Assembly: GCA_046758505.1 (NCBI GenBank)
Contig: JBHIAH010000005.1
Location: forward strand, 39,036-103,035
Direction: 5' to 3'
Origin: Candidatus Methylomirabilales bacterium
GTDB lineage: Bacteria; Methylomirabilota; Methylomirabilia; Methylomirabilales; CSP1-5
Length of the DNA stretch: 64,000 nt
Both the position numbers and the translations under genes were made by a program. A model generated the notes under the pieces. It was given only the letters and a program-made list of their open reading frames with translations, did not search any database and was not told where the DNA came from. Below, one piece after another: positions 31,857 to 41,888 of the stretch. The stretch's first letter is position 1. Every line of letters begins with the position of its first letter.

Positions 31857-32645
31857 ATGGACATGTACGAGGGCCTCGCGATCGGATTTCCGTTGATCTT
31901 TGCAATTTTTCTCCCTAAGCCGCTTCGAAGGTCGGGTGAGCAGTATTCCTCGAGCATTCACGCATCACGGTTCGCAACCGTTACTGCGCAGGACCTCACG
32001 AAAAAGGAGGAGTTCATTTACGGTATCTCTTATCTTTGCTTGGCCTTCGCAAGCGCTGTTCCCATAGGTTGGGTTCAGGCATCTTTATTTCAATTAATCC
32101 AGGACGACGGTGCAATCTTCGCCCATCGTCTGTCCGATCTCACGGTGTACACGGCCATACCGGGGCTCTTTCTCGGTCTCTTAGCGGGAGCGGTCCTACA
32201 CTATTATGCCGCGCGGACGTACTTCGGAGATCGCTTTGATCAGTACTTAAGCAAGAAGCAGCAAGGGATCCCCCTGCGAAGCCAGTATCGGTGGCTGCCC
32301 GTAATCGGCATTTCGATCGGCTTTGGTCTGTCCCTGCTTAACTATTCGGTATACAACTGTTTCTTGATTGTTGACCGTGATCACATTCATTACAGCCATT
32401 GGACCAGCTTTGCTTCCGAAGACAGACCGTTGGCGGATCTCGACTCGGTTACCCTGTACATGCGACGGCGCGCGCCGAACGGACGGATCGTAACCAAGCG
32501 TCATCTTGAGCTGCATTTCAGGAATGGCGATGAGCTCGACACATACTATCTCATAGGGCCGACGCACATCGATCCCCTTATCTCTGCACTCTCCCAGGCA
32601 AGAGGGAAACCTATTCCCGTTGAACAGCGTCAAGGACCGAAGTAG
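31857..32645 (+). CDS. Hypothetical membrane protein (cassette-like)
   Basis: 262 aa, several TM segments, lower GC; GTTAGAA(31822) upstream and GCCTAAC(32662) downstream. Confidence 0.7.
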   Translation: MDMYEGLAIGFPLIFAIFLPKPLRRSGEQYSSSIHASRFATVTAQDLTKKEEFIYGISYLCLAFASAVPIGWVQASLFQLIQDDGAIFAHRLSDLTVYTAIPGLFLGLLAGAVLHYYAARTYFGDRFDQYLSKKQQGIPLRSQYRWLPVIGISIGFGLSLLNYSVYNCFLIVDRDHIHYSHWTSFASEDRPLADLDSVTLYMRRRAPNGRIVTKRHLELHFRNGDELDTYYLIGPTHIDPLISALSQARGKPIPVEQRQGPK

Positions 32646-32775
32646 ACACGAGAATTCGGGGGCCTAACCGGCCGCCGCGGCTGGGGAAGACAGAGGTCTC
32701 AGTTTTGCCTGGGGTAATTCCTGTGTGCATCGTATCAGCCCAGACCCACACCCGACACCCGAAACGTGAGGGGAC

Positions 32776-33588
32776 ATGAGCGAAAAGCTGCAGAAGGTGT
32801 TGGCCCGTGCGGGTCTCGCCTCACGCCGTGAGATCGAACGCTGGATCGCCCGAGGCCGCGTCTCGATAGATGGTACGCGCGCCAAGCTGGGCGACCGCGT
32901 TGAACCCCGCCAGGTCATCCGCGTCGACGGCCGCGTTGTTCCCCGAGAAAAAACTCCCTCCGGCCGCCGTGTGCTCGCATATTACAAACCTGAGGGTGAG
33001 GTGTGCACCCGTTCCGACCCGCGCGGGCGGCCGACGGTATTCGATCACCTACCACAATTGGACAGGGGCCGCTGGGTAGTCGTTGGCCGCCTGGATCTGA
33101 ACACCGCCGGCCTCCTCCTTTTTACGACGGACGGGGAGCTTGCCAATCGCCTGATGCATCCCGCACAAGAAATTGAGCGCGAGTATGCCGTTCGGGTGTC
33201 GGCGAAAGTACCTCCTGACATTCTGCGAAAGCTGAAGACCGGCGTAAACCTTGAGGATGGACCGGCCCATTTTGATGCGATACACGATGCCGGCACGAAG
33301 GGTGTGGATCGTTGGTACCAGGTCACACTCAGCGAGGGACGCAAGCGCGAGGTTCGCCGTTTGTGGGAGGTGGTCGGTGTGAAGGTCGGCCGCCTAATCC
33401 GCATACGCTATGGACCGGTCAGCCTACCGCGGGGCCTGCGTGCCGGGCGCTGGGCGGAACTCGGCCGCCCGGCGGTCGCCGACCTGGTCGCTGCCGCCGG
33501 CCTGAAGCCGGAACCGCCCCAACGCACGTCGGTACGACCTGATCGGAAGGCACATCATCGCGTGGTAAAGCCCCATGGGACACGGTAG
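32776..33588 (+). CDS. rluB: 23S rRNA pseudouridine synthase (RluB/RsuA family)
   Basis: S4 domain LQKVLARAGLASRR; GRLD catalytic motif; EGRKREVRR. Confidence 0.9.
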   Translation: MSEKLQKVLARAGLASRREIERWIARGRVSIDGTRAKLGDRVEPRQVIRVDGRVVPREKTPSGRRVLAYYKPEGEVCTRSDPRGRPTVFDHLPQLDRGRWVVVGRLDLNTAGLLLFTTDGELANRLMHPAQEIEREYAVRVSAKVPPDILRKLKTGVNLEDGPAHFDAIHDAGTKGVDRWYQVTLSEGRKREVRRLWEVVGVKVGRLIRIRYGPVSLPRGLRAGRWAELGRPAVADLVAAAGLKPEPPQRTSVRPDRKAHHRVVKPHGTR

Positions 33589-33654
33589 GCGGCGAGACAG
33601 ATCTCTTTCCCCGAAACAATGACGGAGGCTTGAACGAATAGACGGAGGTGGGAA

Positions 33655-34476
33655 GTGAAATTAGCGGTCGCAGTGATTCACGGGATGGGGAGCCAGAAAG
33701 CCTCTTTTGCCGAGCCTCTGATTGAAGAATTGGAGGACCGTTTCGCCGATGCCGGCGAGGATCCGGGCGAACTCGTCTTTGAGCCGATCTATTGGGCCCC
33801 CGTCCTTTTGCAAAAAGAGAATACGCTCTGGGGGAGGGTGACGAAATTTCATGATCTCGACTATACGAAACTCAGGAGGTTTGTGGTCAACGCACTCGGG
33901 GATGCCATCGCATACCAGCCGTCGAAAAAAGGTGCGAAGAAAACACAAAATGTCTATGACGATATCCACGCCGTGGTTCGCGGAGCCCTCCGGAGGCTCG
34001 CACAACGAGCCGGCGAGAAAACGCCACTCGTGATTCTCGCCCACTCGCTCGGGTCCATTATCATATCAAACTACCTATGGGACCTCTGGAAGACCGCACA
34101 TCCCGTGACCCCTCTCGAAGGGGGCGAGACCTTAGCCGGCCTCGTCACCTTCGGTTCCCCCATCGCACTCTGGTCGCTCCGCTATGACAACTTCGGCACA
34201 CCCATTCCTTTTCCGCACCCGAAACTCAAGACGCGATATCCGCGCGTGAAGCCACAGTGGCTCAACTTCTTTGACGAAGACGACATCCTCGCCTACCCGC
34301 TCAAGAACCTGAACCCTGCGTATCGCACCATCGTAACGAAAGACATCCCGATTTCCGTCGGCGGCTTCTTTACCGGTTGGAACCCTCTCGCACACACCCA
34401 CTATTGGACCGACAACGACTTTACCAAGCCCGTAGCCAAGCTGTTGCGGAAGATCTGGGCGGATACTCAGCCATGA
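33655..34476 (+). CDS. Alpha/beta-hydrolase-fold hypothetical protein
   Basis: IHGMG, AHSLG, TFGSP, DEDDILAYP, H..YW. Confidence 0.8.
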   Translation: MKLAVAVIHGMGSQKASFAEPLIEELEDRFADAGEDPGELVFEPIYWAPVLLQKENTLWGRVTKFHDLDYTKLRRFVVNALGDAIAYQPSKKGAKKTQNVYDDIHAVVRGALRRLAQRAGEKTPLVILAHSLGSIIISNYLWDLWKTAHPVTPLEGGETLAGLVTFGSPIALWSLRYDNFGTPIPFPHPKLKTRYPRVKPQWLNFFDEDDILAYPLKNLNPAYRTIVTKDIPISVGGFFTGWNPLAHTHYWTDNDFTKPVAKLLRKIWADTQP

Positions 34477-34552
34477 TCATTTCGTGTAAGGAGAACGTGA
34501 TACCTGCGGGCCGACGAGGGGGTGGGGGTTTGGCCCAACGGTCACTGGAGCA

Positions 34553-34978
34553 ATGATCCACATAACCCGCGCCATCGCCATCGACGAGAGTGAAATCCAA
34601 CAGCGGTTCATCCGCGCCTCGGGGCCCGGCGGACAGCATGTCAACAAGGTTGCCACAGCCGTGCAACTCCGCTTCGACGTGGGTAAATCGCCCTCCCTGG
34701 CCCATGAGGTTCGTCACCGTCTGATCCGCCTGGCCGGCAGGCGGATCACTCGAGACGGTGTCCTGATCATCGACGCCCGGCGGTTCCGGACACGGGAGCG
34801 AAACCGTCAGGATGCGATCGGCCGGCTGGTCGCGCTGGTCCGCCAGGCGGCCGAAAAGCCTACACCCCGCCGCAAGACGCGGCCGACGCGCGCATCGAAG
34901 GAGCGCCGGTTAGCGACCAAGCGCCGCCGCGGAGGGACCAAACGCACGCGGAGGTCCGTGCCGCAGGCCGAACGGTAA
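34553..34978 (+). CDS. arfB: Alternative ribosome-rescue peptidyl-tRNA hydrolase
   Basis: RASGPGGQHVNK; basic C-terminal tail. Confidence 0.93.
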   Translation: MIHITRAIAIDESEIQQRFIRASGPGGQHVNKVATAVQLRFDVGKSPSLAHEVRHRLIRLAGRRITRDGVLIIDARRFRTRERNRQDAIGRLVALVRQAAEKPTPRRKTRPTRASKERRLATKRRRGGTKRTRRSVPQAER

Positions 34979-35187
34979 AGCTCCCCCGACCCCCACCGCC
35001 ACCGCTTTGTCCTTTCGACGGCCCCGGCCCACCAGGAGGAGATCAGGCATCTGACGGGGATTCGCCTGTCGCCACTCGTACGAGCCATCGTCCTTTTGGT
35101 GTAAAACTTGCAATGTCCATCACCCCTGTTGGGCAGCCTCCTACTTGTTCGCACTCATCACACGCCGAAGACACGCTGGGAGGAAGA

Positions 35188-35994
35188 GTGGACTGGGCAA
35201 GCCTTCTGCTGGCAGGTATCGCCGGGGCCCTCGGCGCAGGGATTGCGCTTTTGGTCGTGCGACATCCAAAGGAACGGCGGCTCCCCTACGTCCTGGTATT
35301 GGTCTTCTCCTTTGCAATCGTCAATACGCTTTTCAGGGTGTACCTCCTTCCCTACGTCCACGTATGGCAGTATGAGGCAGCGATCGAGCGACAACTCCAG
35401 GGCGTAGCGGCGTACCGAGAAATCCAACAGAGTGACCCGCAGACATACGCGAAGATCAGGACGATCGTGCGTGACGCGCTCCGGAAAGGGCAGCCCGCAG
35501 ACGTCGTGGCCGGTCGTATTCGAGCAGTGATCACGGCGCTGGTGGCGAAGTACATCCCTCAGGCGTCGGATGCTTCCGTGGTCGATTTTGCCACCGTCAT
35601 GGTGCGGGAGATCCAGGAACTGACTCGCATCAGCCCCACCCTCTGCTACCAATTCCTTTTTCCCCAACGGTACGGTGCCCCAGATCTCACAAAACACCTG
35701 GCCGCCAAGACCCTGCAGGATGATCTGGCCGCCCTGGCGGGCCTCATTCGAACCGCAACCAACAATCCGCAACGGAGGCCGGATGCCTCGCAGAGTCAGA
35801 CGCTGCTGGAGACAGCGTACGCACAGGTATACACAGAGTATGGAGATGACGTTCAGCTACTCAACAGCCCACACGATCCGTCTGTTGATAAGGAAAAGGT
35901 CTGCACGATCATCGCCGCCCTATATACGCAAGTGCTGAACATGCCGAAGAAAGATAGTGGAATGGTGCTGCGGTATATGTTCTCGCGACAATAG
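35188..35994 (+). CDS. Hypothetical membrane-anchored protein
   Basis: GTG after GGGAGGA; two N-terminal TM helices, soluble domain with two Cys. Confidence 0.7.
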   Translation: MDWASLLLAGIAGALGAGIALLVVRHPKERRLPYVLVLVFSFAIVNTLFRVYLLPYVHVWQYEAAIERQLQGVAAYREIQQSDPQTYAKIRTIVRDALRKGQPADVVAGRIRAVITALVAKYIPQASDASVVDFATVMVREIQELTRISPTLCYQFLFPQRYGAPDLTKHLAAKTLQDDLAALAGLIRTATNNPQRRPDASQSQTLLETAYAQVYTEYGDDVQLLNSPHDPSVDKEKVCTIIAALYTQVLNMPKKDSGMVLRYMFSRQ

Positions 35995-36003
35995 GCCCCC
36001 ACG

Positions 36004-36504
36004 ATGATGACGCCTTTGCCGACGCGGCCGTGGCGCTGCTTCCTCCTTGCGATATGGGCGGTGCTTGCATCCGCCGTGCTCCTCTCCTGTTCGGCCGAGC
36101 CCGACTCGCCCGAGACACAAGTACGCGCACTCCTGGCGCGTGCCGAGGTCGCGGCCGAGGGCAAGGACCTCGCAGCGTTCAGGCAACTTGTTTCGGACAG
36201 CTACACCGATGGCCGCGGACATAACAAACAGGCCATCCTGGGGATTCTCGCTTACCACTTCTTCCGGAATCAATCAATCCATCTGCTTACGCGGACTCAG
36301 GCCATCACGGTCCCCAAGCCCGCCCAAGCCGAGGCCACCGTTCTTGTCGCGACGGCCGGCTAGCCAATCCCCAACACGGAGGAGCTCACCCGGATTCGGG
36401 CCGACCTGTTCCGGTTTGACGTCGCCCTCGCCAATGAGGGCAAGAGCGACTGGAAGGTGGTCCGCGCCGCGTGGCGGCGCGTCCAGGTGGGCGACTTCTT
36501 CTGA
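36004..36504 (+). pseudogene. NTF2-like lipoprotein interrupted by an in-frame TAG (36361-36363)
   Basis: Lipobox LLSC; the frame continues after TAG as PIPNTEELTRIRADLFRFDVALANEGKSDWKVVRAAWRRVQVGDFF*. Confidence 0.7.
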
Positions 36505-36712
36505 CCCGGCCGAGGCCACGCCTCTCATCTTTTTGTATTCGGCAAGGCTGGATGCCAGAGAATTGCTCCCGGGCTTGCCCCGCACTCCATCATTTCTCTT
36601 TGCGTTCGTCCGTGGTAGAATATAATGTTTGGTTGTCGGGTTTCCTGCCTGAGCCAGGCGGGGCCTGCTTTCTTGGCGAGCTGTCCAGGGCGGAATACCG
36701 AGGAGCGACACA

Positions 36713-37438
36713 ATGAGCACGCGATTAGAGGGGCTAGACCGCGTCATCGAGCAGATGCGTCAGCCGATTGCGCAGTACGCCGAACAGATACAGGCACTGG
36801 CCGGCGATAACGCATTAGCCTTGACGCTCTTTGGTGCGATTGCCGCCGGGTCATTCGATGCCAATCGACACACGGTGCGCAATGTTCTCATCCTTGACTC
36901 GGTTGACCTGGAGATGTTACGGCGGCTGGCCAAGGACGGCGTCCGCCTCGGAAAGGCGCGGATCTCAGCGCCCTTGATTATGACGCCACCATACATCAAC
37001 GCCTCGCTCGACACCTTTCCTTTGGAACTGATCGAGATCCACCAATGCCACATCACTCTCTTTGGCCATGATCATTTCGACAGCCTATCGTTCAAGGATT
37101 CAGATGTCCGCCTTCAATGCGAACGAGAGCTCAAGACCATCCTGATCGGGATGCGTCAGGGACTATTAGCCGCGGCAGGACGCGAGAAACTCATGGGCGC
37201 CTTGGAGGCCGACGTCGGTGAACGCCTGGTCCGAACGCTCCGCGGCCTGCTATGGCTCAAGGGCCAGCGCGATGCGAAGCCGGCCGGCCAAGTGATCTCC
37301 GAAGTTGAAAATATCATTCAGGGACAATTGCCGGGGGTCCGAAACGTCCTGCGTGCATCGGGCCCCCAAGCGTGGGAACAGTTTCGATCCCTGTACGAGG
37401 ATGTCGAGACCGTGGGGAAGATCGTCGATGCGTGGTAG
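36713..37438 (+). CDS. Nucleotidyltransferase-fold-like protein (degenerate catalytic motif)
   Basis: 'LFGAIAAGSF...VRNVLIL', 'PLIMT', 'SLDTFPLE..EI...H..L.G', 'RLQCERELK'. Confidence 0.75.
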   Translation: MSTRLEGLDRVIEQMRQPIAQYAEQIQALAGDNALALTLFGAIAAGSFDANRHTVRNVLILDSVDLEMLRRLAKDGVRLGKARISAPLIMTPPYINASLDTFPLELIEIHQCHITLFGHDHFDSLSFKDSDVRLQCERELKTILIGMRQGLLAAAGREKLMGALEADVGERLVRTLRGLLWLKGQRDAKPAGQVISEVENIIQGQLPGVRNVLRASGPQAWEQFRSLYEDVETVGKIVDAW

Positions 37439-38267
37439 ACCGATATTGCTTGCATTGTTCTGGGTGGCTGTGTCCGTTCTCTGGATGCCTCCGTGCGTGG
37501 TCAGTGCAGAAATCACCATTCGAGATCCGGGCACGTTCGTCGTGGATACGGCGGGCATCATCGATGACGCGGTCAAGCGGCGATTGGAGGGCTGGCTTCG
37601 GGAACTGGAGCAGAAGACGACGGCTCAGATCAAGGTGCTTACCGTTGAGACGACGGAAGGAGAGGATTTCTTCGGCTTCGTCCAGCGGCATGCCGAGCAA
37701 TGGAAGCTCGGCCAGAAGGGAAAAGATAACGGCGCCTTGATTGCGTTAGCGGTCAAGGAGCGTCGGGTCCGTATCCACACCGGATATGGATTGGAGAGTG
37801 TGTTGCCGGATTCTTGGTCTGGATCCGCCTCACGGGAGGTCGCGCGGCAATACTTCCAAAAGGGACAATACTCGGAGGGGCTTTCCCGACTGACCATCGC
37901 AGTGGCCAACAAGGTTGCGGATGCTGACAATGTCCGGCTCAGCGGTATACCGGAATACCGCTACCGGGTTGTCGGTCGACGGTCCCCGCTCCTTTTCGGA
38001 AGCGGACTGATCCCCTTTCTGATTTTCTTTGCTCTCCTCTCTTCCATGAGCCGGAGACGCCGCTATTACGGCGCATGGGGCGGCCGCGGCATGATGAGTG
38101 GTATTCTCTTGGGCGCCTTACTCGGTGGCGCCATGGGGGGGCGGCGATCGTCCTGGGGCGGTGGCTACGGGGGTGGCTTCGGAGGCGGATTCGGCGGAGG
38201 GTTTGGAGGCGGATCGTTTGGGGGAGGCGGAGGATTTGGAGGAGGAGGCGGTGGTGCCAGTTGGTAG
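37428..38267 (+). CDS. TPM domain protein (YgcG-like) with Gly-rich tail
   Basis: VVDTAGII, W.LGQKGKDNG, RI.TGYGLE.VLPD, GGG..GGGGA. Confidence 0.9.
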   Translation: MRGRPILLALFWVAVSVLWMPPCVVSAEITIRDPGTFVVDTAGIIDDAVKRRLEGWLRELEQKTTAQIKVLTVETTEGEDFFGFVQRHAEQWKLGQKGKDNGALIALAVKERRVRIHTGYGLESVLPDSWSGSASREVARQYFQKGQYSEGLSRLTIAVANKVADADNVRLSGIPEYRYRVVGRRSPLLFGSGLIPFLIFFALLSSMSRRRRYYGAWGGRGMMSGILLGALLGGAMGGRRSSWGGGYGGGFGGGFGGGFGGGSFGGGGGFGGGGGGASW

Positions 38268-38354
38268 CTGACATCTGGACTCGAAGGAAGCTACGCGACC
38301 CGCGGGATCGCAGATGTCTCACCCAGTACCATCATACATCAAGGGGGGAGGCAC

Positions 38355-38927
38355 ATGAAGGCAAGTCGAGTCATTTTGATCATTCTGGGGGTAATTGTCC
38401 TTGGGTTCTTGCTTGTTGGTGGTTCCATCTACTCTGGATATAACCGGGCTGTGACCCTCGACGAAGGGGTGAAGAGCCGGTGGGCTCAGGTTGAAAACCA
38501 GTTACAACGACGATTCGACCTGATTCCGAATCTGGTTCAAACTGTCAAGGGGGTCGCTTCGCAGGAACAAAAGATCTTTTTGGGAGTCGCGGAGGCGCGA
38601 AAGGCGTATTTCCAGGCCAGCACGGTCAGAGAGAAGGCCCGCGCCGCCGGGGTACTCGAGACCGCACTCTCCCGCTTGCTGGTACTGCGCGAGGCCTATC
38701 CCCAACTGAAATCAAATGAGTCCTTCCTGAAACTCCAGGACCAGCTTGAGGGTACCGAAAACCGACTAAGCGTTGAACGCAAGCGGTACAACGATGCCGT
38801 CCGGGAACTGAATACGTTCCGGCGAAAGCTGCTGGGGCGATTTTATGCGGCCATCGCCGGCGTGGAACGCGCCGAGTACTTTGAAGTCCAGGAAGCGGCT
38901 CGTGCCACTCCCAAGGTCAAGTTCTAA
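38355..38927 (+). CDS. lemA: LemA family protein
   Basis: QLQRRFDLIPNLV, EAYPQLKSN, LEGTENR...ERKRYN. Confidence 0.93.
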   Translation: MKASRVILIILGVIVLGFLLVGGSIYSGYNRAVTLDEGVKSRWAQVENQLQRRFDLIPNLVQTVKGVASQEQKIFLGVAEARKAYFQASTVREKARAAGVLETALSRLLVLREAYPQLKSNESFLKLQDQLEGTENRLSVERKRYNDAVRELNTFRRKLLGRFYAAIAGVERAEYFEVQEAARATPKVKF

Positions 38928-39043
38928 AACGTACGAAGACCGCCTCGTGGTCGGACCGAGACATGCGGGGGTGTGGCTCTCCTTGTGAATCGGGAGAAAG
39001 AAGGGACCACCCTTGCAAGAAAAAGTAGTCTGTCCCCGTTTTC

Positions 39044-39619
39044 TTAGATCGAGTTGCGGCGCAAGCGGCGACGTAGTTCCTTGACGTGTGCCCGAGCGCC
39101 TGGTAGGTAGGGATTGACCCTGAGAGCTGCCTCGAAGGCCTGGAGGGCCGCCACATCGTCGCCGACGGCGAGAGAGATGAGGCCGAGCCCCGAAAGTGCC
39201 CCGAAGTGGCGCGGTTCCAGGGCGAGGGTACGCTCGACATCGCGGATCGAGGCCTCGTAATCGCCCATGAGGTAATAGACCGTGGCCCGCTTGTTCCAGC
39301 CCTCGGCGAAGCCGGGCTCGACCTCCACGACCTTATTGAAGGCGGCCAGAGCCGCCTCATAATGGCGGCGTGACATCTCCGCGATGCCTTGAGCCATGAA
39401 GGCATTGACGGCCTCACTCTCGGACTCGACCCAGATGATCCAGATCTGCTGAGTGAGCCTCGCGGCCTCGGCCTCGCTGTGGGTGGTCTTGAGCCGGTCA
39501 AAGAGGGCATCAAGCCGCTCGTCGGTCTGGCTCGGCAGAGCGATGGGCGCCAGCGCCCCCATGGCGGCCAGAATGGGCACTGCAATAATGCACACCGTAC
39601 GTGCCACCCGAAGATTCAT
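39044..39619 (-). CDS. Tetratricopeptide-repeat protein with signal peptide
   Basis: PGFAEGWNKRA, LEPRHFGALSGLG. Confidence 0.88.
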   Translation of the reverse strand: MNLRVARTVCIIAVPILAAMGALAPIALPSQTDERLDALFDRLKTTHSEAEAARLTQQIWIIWVESESEAVNAFMAQGIAEMSRRHYEAALAAFNKVVEVEPGFAEGWNKRATVYYLMGDYEASIRDVERTLALEPRHFGALSGLGLISLAVGDDVAALQAFEAALRVNPYLPGARAHVKELRRRLRRNSI

Positions 39620-39907
39620 TGATCGATGCTAACTCCCTATTTTCGAGGCGTCAACAAAGCAGGCCCGTCGTCGTGCCCCATCCTCATGAACAACGGCCAC
39701 CCACAAATGATTCCCCGTTTGTGTCGGCGGAGAAGACGGAGACCGGCAGAAATCGGCTTGCGATCATGCCGATGCATCTCTATGATGGTACCCACTGACT
39801 GGTGCCGGGGCAACTGCGGAACAACGGCCACTCCCGATACCAGGGTTCAACCGGAGAGGCGGAACCGAAGCAGGTATATCATCAGACACTTTGTGGAGGA
39901 GTAAGCC

Positions 39908-40087
39908 ATGGCAAGCGAGGAGACCCGCCGGCTGCTGAAAGTGTTCGGGATCGCGGTGACGGATCTGGAGGATGCAGTCGAGAAAGGAGCACCGCCCGAA
40001 GCCGTGTCCAAGGCAGAGGCAGAGGCCCGCGCCCGCCTTGCAGAGGTCACCGCCCTCATCAATAGCCTGCAGGCGAAGAAGAAGTGA
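39908..40087 (+). CDS. Small hypothetical protein, 59 aa (absent from ORF track)
   Basis: GGAGGAG RBS; MASEETRRLLKVFGIAVTDLEDAVEKG...LQAKKK*. Confidence 0.7.
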   Translation: MASEETRRLLKVFGIAVTDLEDAVEKGAPPEAVSKAEAEARARLAEVTALINSLQAKKK

Positions 40088-40185
40088 GAGGGGACTGAAA
40101 GGCGAGATGAGGAACCTCTGTGGCGATATCCGGCAGGCAGAGCTCCTGAGAGCACAAGCCGAGCCGAGAGGCGTGGGAGACATCC

Positions 40186-40641
40186 TTAGTTCCTGCTTGT
40201 CCCCTTATAATCTGGATCAGCGTAATATTTTGGACTAAAGGCGTTTATAACCTGTCCGGTCGTTTCCTCCGTGATCTCTACCCCCTCTCTCTGCAGAAAT
40301 TCCTGCTGATCCTCAGTGAGGCCCCCGAGTCTCTCTCCGACTCTCCTCAAAATATGGATCCCCGCCCGCAAATCAAACATCGGTTCCGCTCTTAAGCGCA
40401 GTCTATTTTTGTCCAATGCCAAGACCGCATTCTTGAATTCCTCCGAGACTGGCTGCGGCGATTTATTGAGGACGACGATTTCTCTGCTGTACTCGGGGGC
40501 AATTTCCTGAATACCGGCCACATATGTGTTATCTCTCCACTCAATGAAGGCAGGGATGCCCGGAGGCTGCTGTTTTGCCATACGTTCTTTTTCTTCTGCC
40601 AGATACCTGATGAGACCGAAGACATCTGGTGGCTGGCTCAT
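40186..40641 (-). CDS. Hypothetical protein
   Basis: ATG after GGGGGGTG; natural composition. Confidence 0.65.
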   Translation of the reverse strand: MSQPPDVFGLIRYLAEEKERMAKQQPPGIPAFIEWRDNTYVAGIQEIAPEYSREIVVLNKSPQPVSEEFKNAVLALDKNRLRLRAEPMFDLRAGIHILRRVGERLGGLTEDQQEFLQREGVEITEETTGQVINAFSPKYYADPDYKGTSRN

Positions 40642-40769
40642 TATTTTCACCCCCCGAAACGCATCCGTTTCTCGACCGACGCACTCACGGGCCGCCTCGC
40701 ACAATGAACGTGGAATGGCGACACCATCGAGCCGCCGGGGAAAAGCTGTCGCGCGTCAGCCCGGAAGGG

Positions 40770-41108
40770 TCACGAACATCCGGGGCCCCGCACCTCGCTC
40801 TCCGCGGTGTTGTCGGGCACGAGGTTCGCTACGAATCCGGCCGGGTCGGCCCGGTGCTGATCGAGCAACTCTTGAAGCTGCTTGAGCACCTTCTCCCGGG
40901 TGGAGAGCTTATACCAGTATAACCGCATCGGGCTGACCAACTTGAGATAGTAGTGGTTCGCCGCATCGTATTGACCCGAACAGGCACCGGGATTCCTTGC
41001 GATCCGCAGTTGATCTCCGAAGACCTCCGCGTACTCGGCAAGAAGTGACTCTCCGTGAAGGTCCTCGGGGATTTCCGGAAATCTGGCAACCAATTCTTCG
41101 ATCGTCAT
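40770..41108 (-). CDS. Hypothetical protein
   Basis: ATG after AAGGAGGAG; 112 aa ending GPGCS. Confidence 0.75.
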   Translation of the reverse strand: MTIEELVARFPEIPEDLHGESLLAEYAEVFGDQLRIARNPGACSGQYDAANHYYLKLVSPMRLYWYKLSTREKVLKQLQELLDQHRADPAGFVANLVPDNTAESEVRGPGCS

Positions 41109-41269
41109 GGGTTTTCTCCTCCTTCGGACATTTGGGGAAGCCGCATGACCCGCGTTCATCTAGGGGAAATGGTTTTGCGCAGCATGTTCTCTCCACGAGC
41201 ACAGATCGTTCCGGGAGCAGCGACCCCTTCGTGTATGTCCCTATAATTCCCTCCAAAAAGACACGGGCA

Positions 41270-41815
41270 TCAATTCAGCTCGGGTCTCCATTTTTCGAAA
41301 AAATGATCCATGGCAGAGGTGTCGCCTATGGGAAAATGACCATACAAAACAGATAATCGGTTTTCGGCCTCGGATTTTGATCTCTTATCAACGACGACCT
41401 TCCACATTGCTGCGACCAACCCCGACCTATCAGCACCAGCTTTACAATGTATTAATATCGGACGGGGTGCATTTTTGAAAATCTCAAGTAACTTGTGTTC
41501 CTGTCTCTTACTCGGCTCCCGAGATGCCGACAATGAGAGGTCATAATGCCGCACGTGATACTTTCTACTGACCTTCATCTCATCCACATACCATGGCGCA
41601 CCCGCCTTCTTCCCGCGGAGATTCAGAATGCTCTTGATGTTATATGTTGTGATGTAGTACTCAAGCTCGTCTCTATCGAGCTGCGCCGATCTGTAAGCCA
41701 CCCCGGGCGTAATCGGATGAAAGTTGCCTTGCTCCTCCATATACAGAAAATAGCTTGCAGCCAAGAGAAGCGGCAAGGCGAGTGACAGAATAACAAATGT
41801 ACGTTTGCGTCGCAT
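41270..41815 (-). CDS. Membrane-anchored protein-tyrosine/dual-specificity phosphatase family protein
   Basis: P-loop HCKAGADRSG, YRSAQ, ILNLRG; N-terminal TM; AT-rich. Confidence 0.88.
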   Translation of the reverse strand: MRRKRTFVILSLALPLLLAASYFLYMEEQGNFHPITPGVAYRSAQLDRDELEYYITTYNIKSILNLRGKKAGAPWYVDEMKVSRKYHVRHYDLSLSASREPSKRQEHKLLEIFKNAPRPILIHCKAGADRSGLVAAMWKVVVDKRSKSEAENRLSVLYGHFPIGDTSAMDHFFEKWRPELN

Positions 41816-41888
41816 TGTTATGATTTGCTAAGAGATATCATGGACGTAGAATCTTCTTTCCTCTAGCAATGGAAAAGCACTGGGTTCA

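Noticed and set aside
38150..38262. GGCGGA/GGAGGC repeats
   Set aside because: Simply encode the Gly-rich tail of the TPM protein.
39770..39860. Cobalamin-riboswitch-like words (GCAACTG, GCCACT)
   Set aside because: B12-box and GGGAA elements are missing, and no B12-related gene follows.
40700..40772. C-terminal Cys-Ser-TGA as possible selenocysteine with a downstream hairpin
   Set aside because: Readthrough sequence does not look protein-like, and the hairpin followed by TTTT fits a terminator better.
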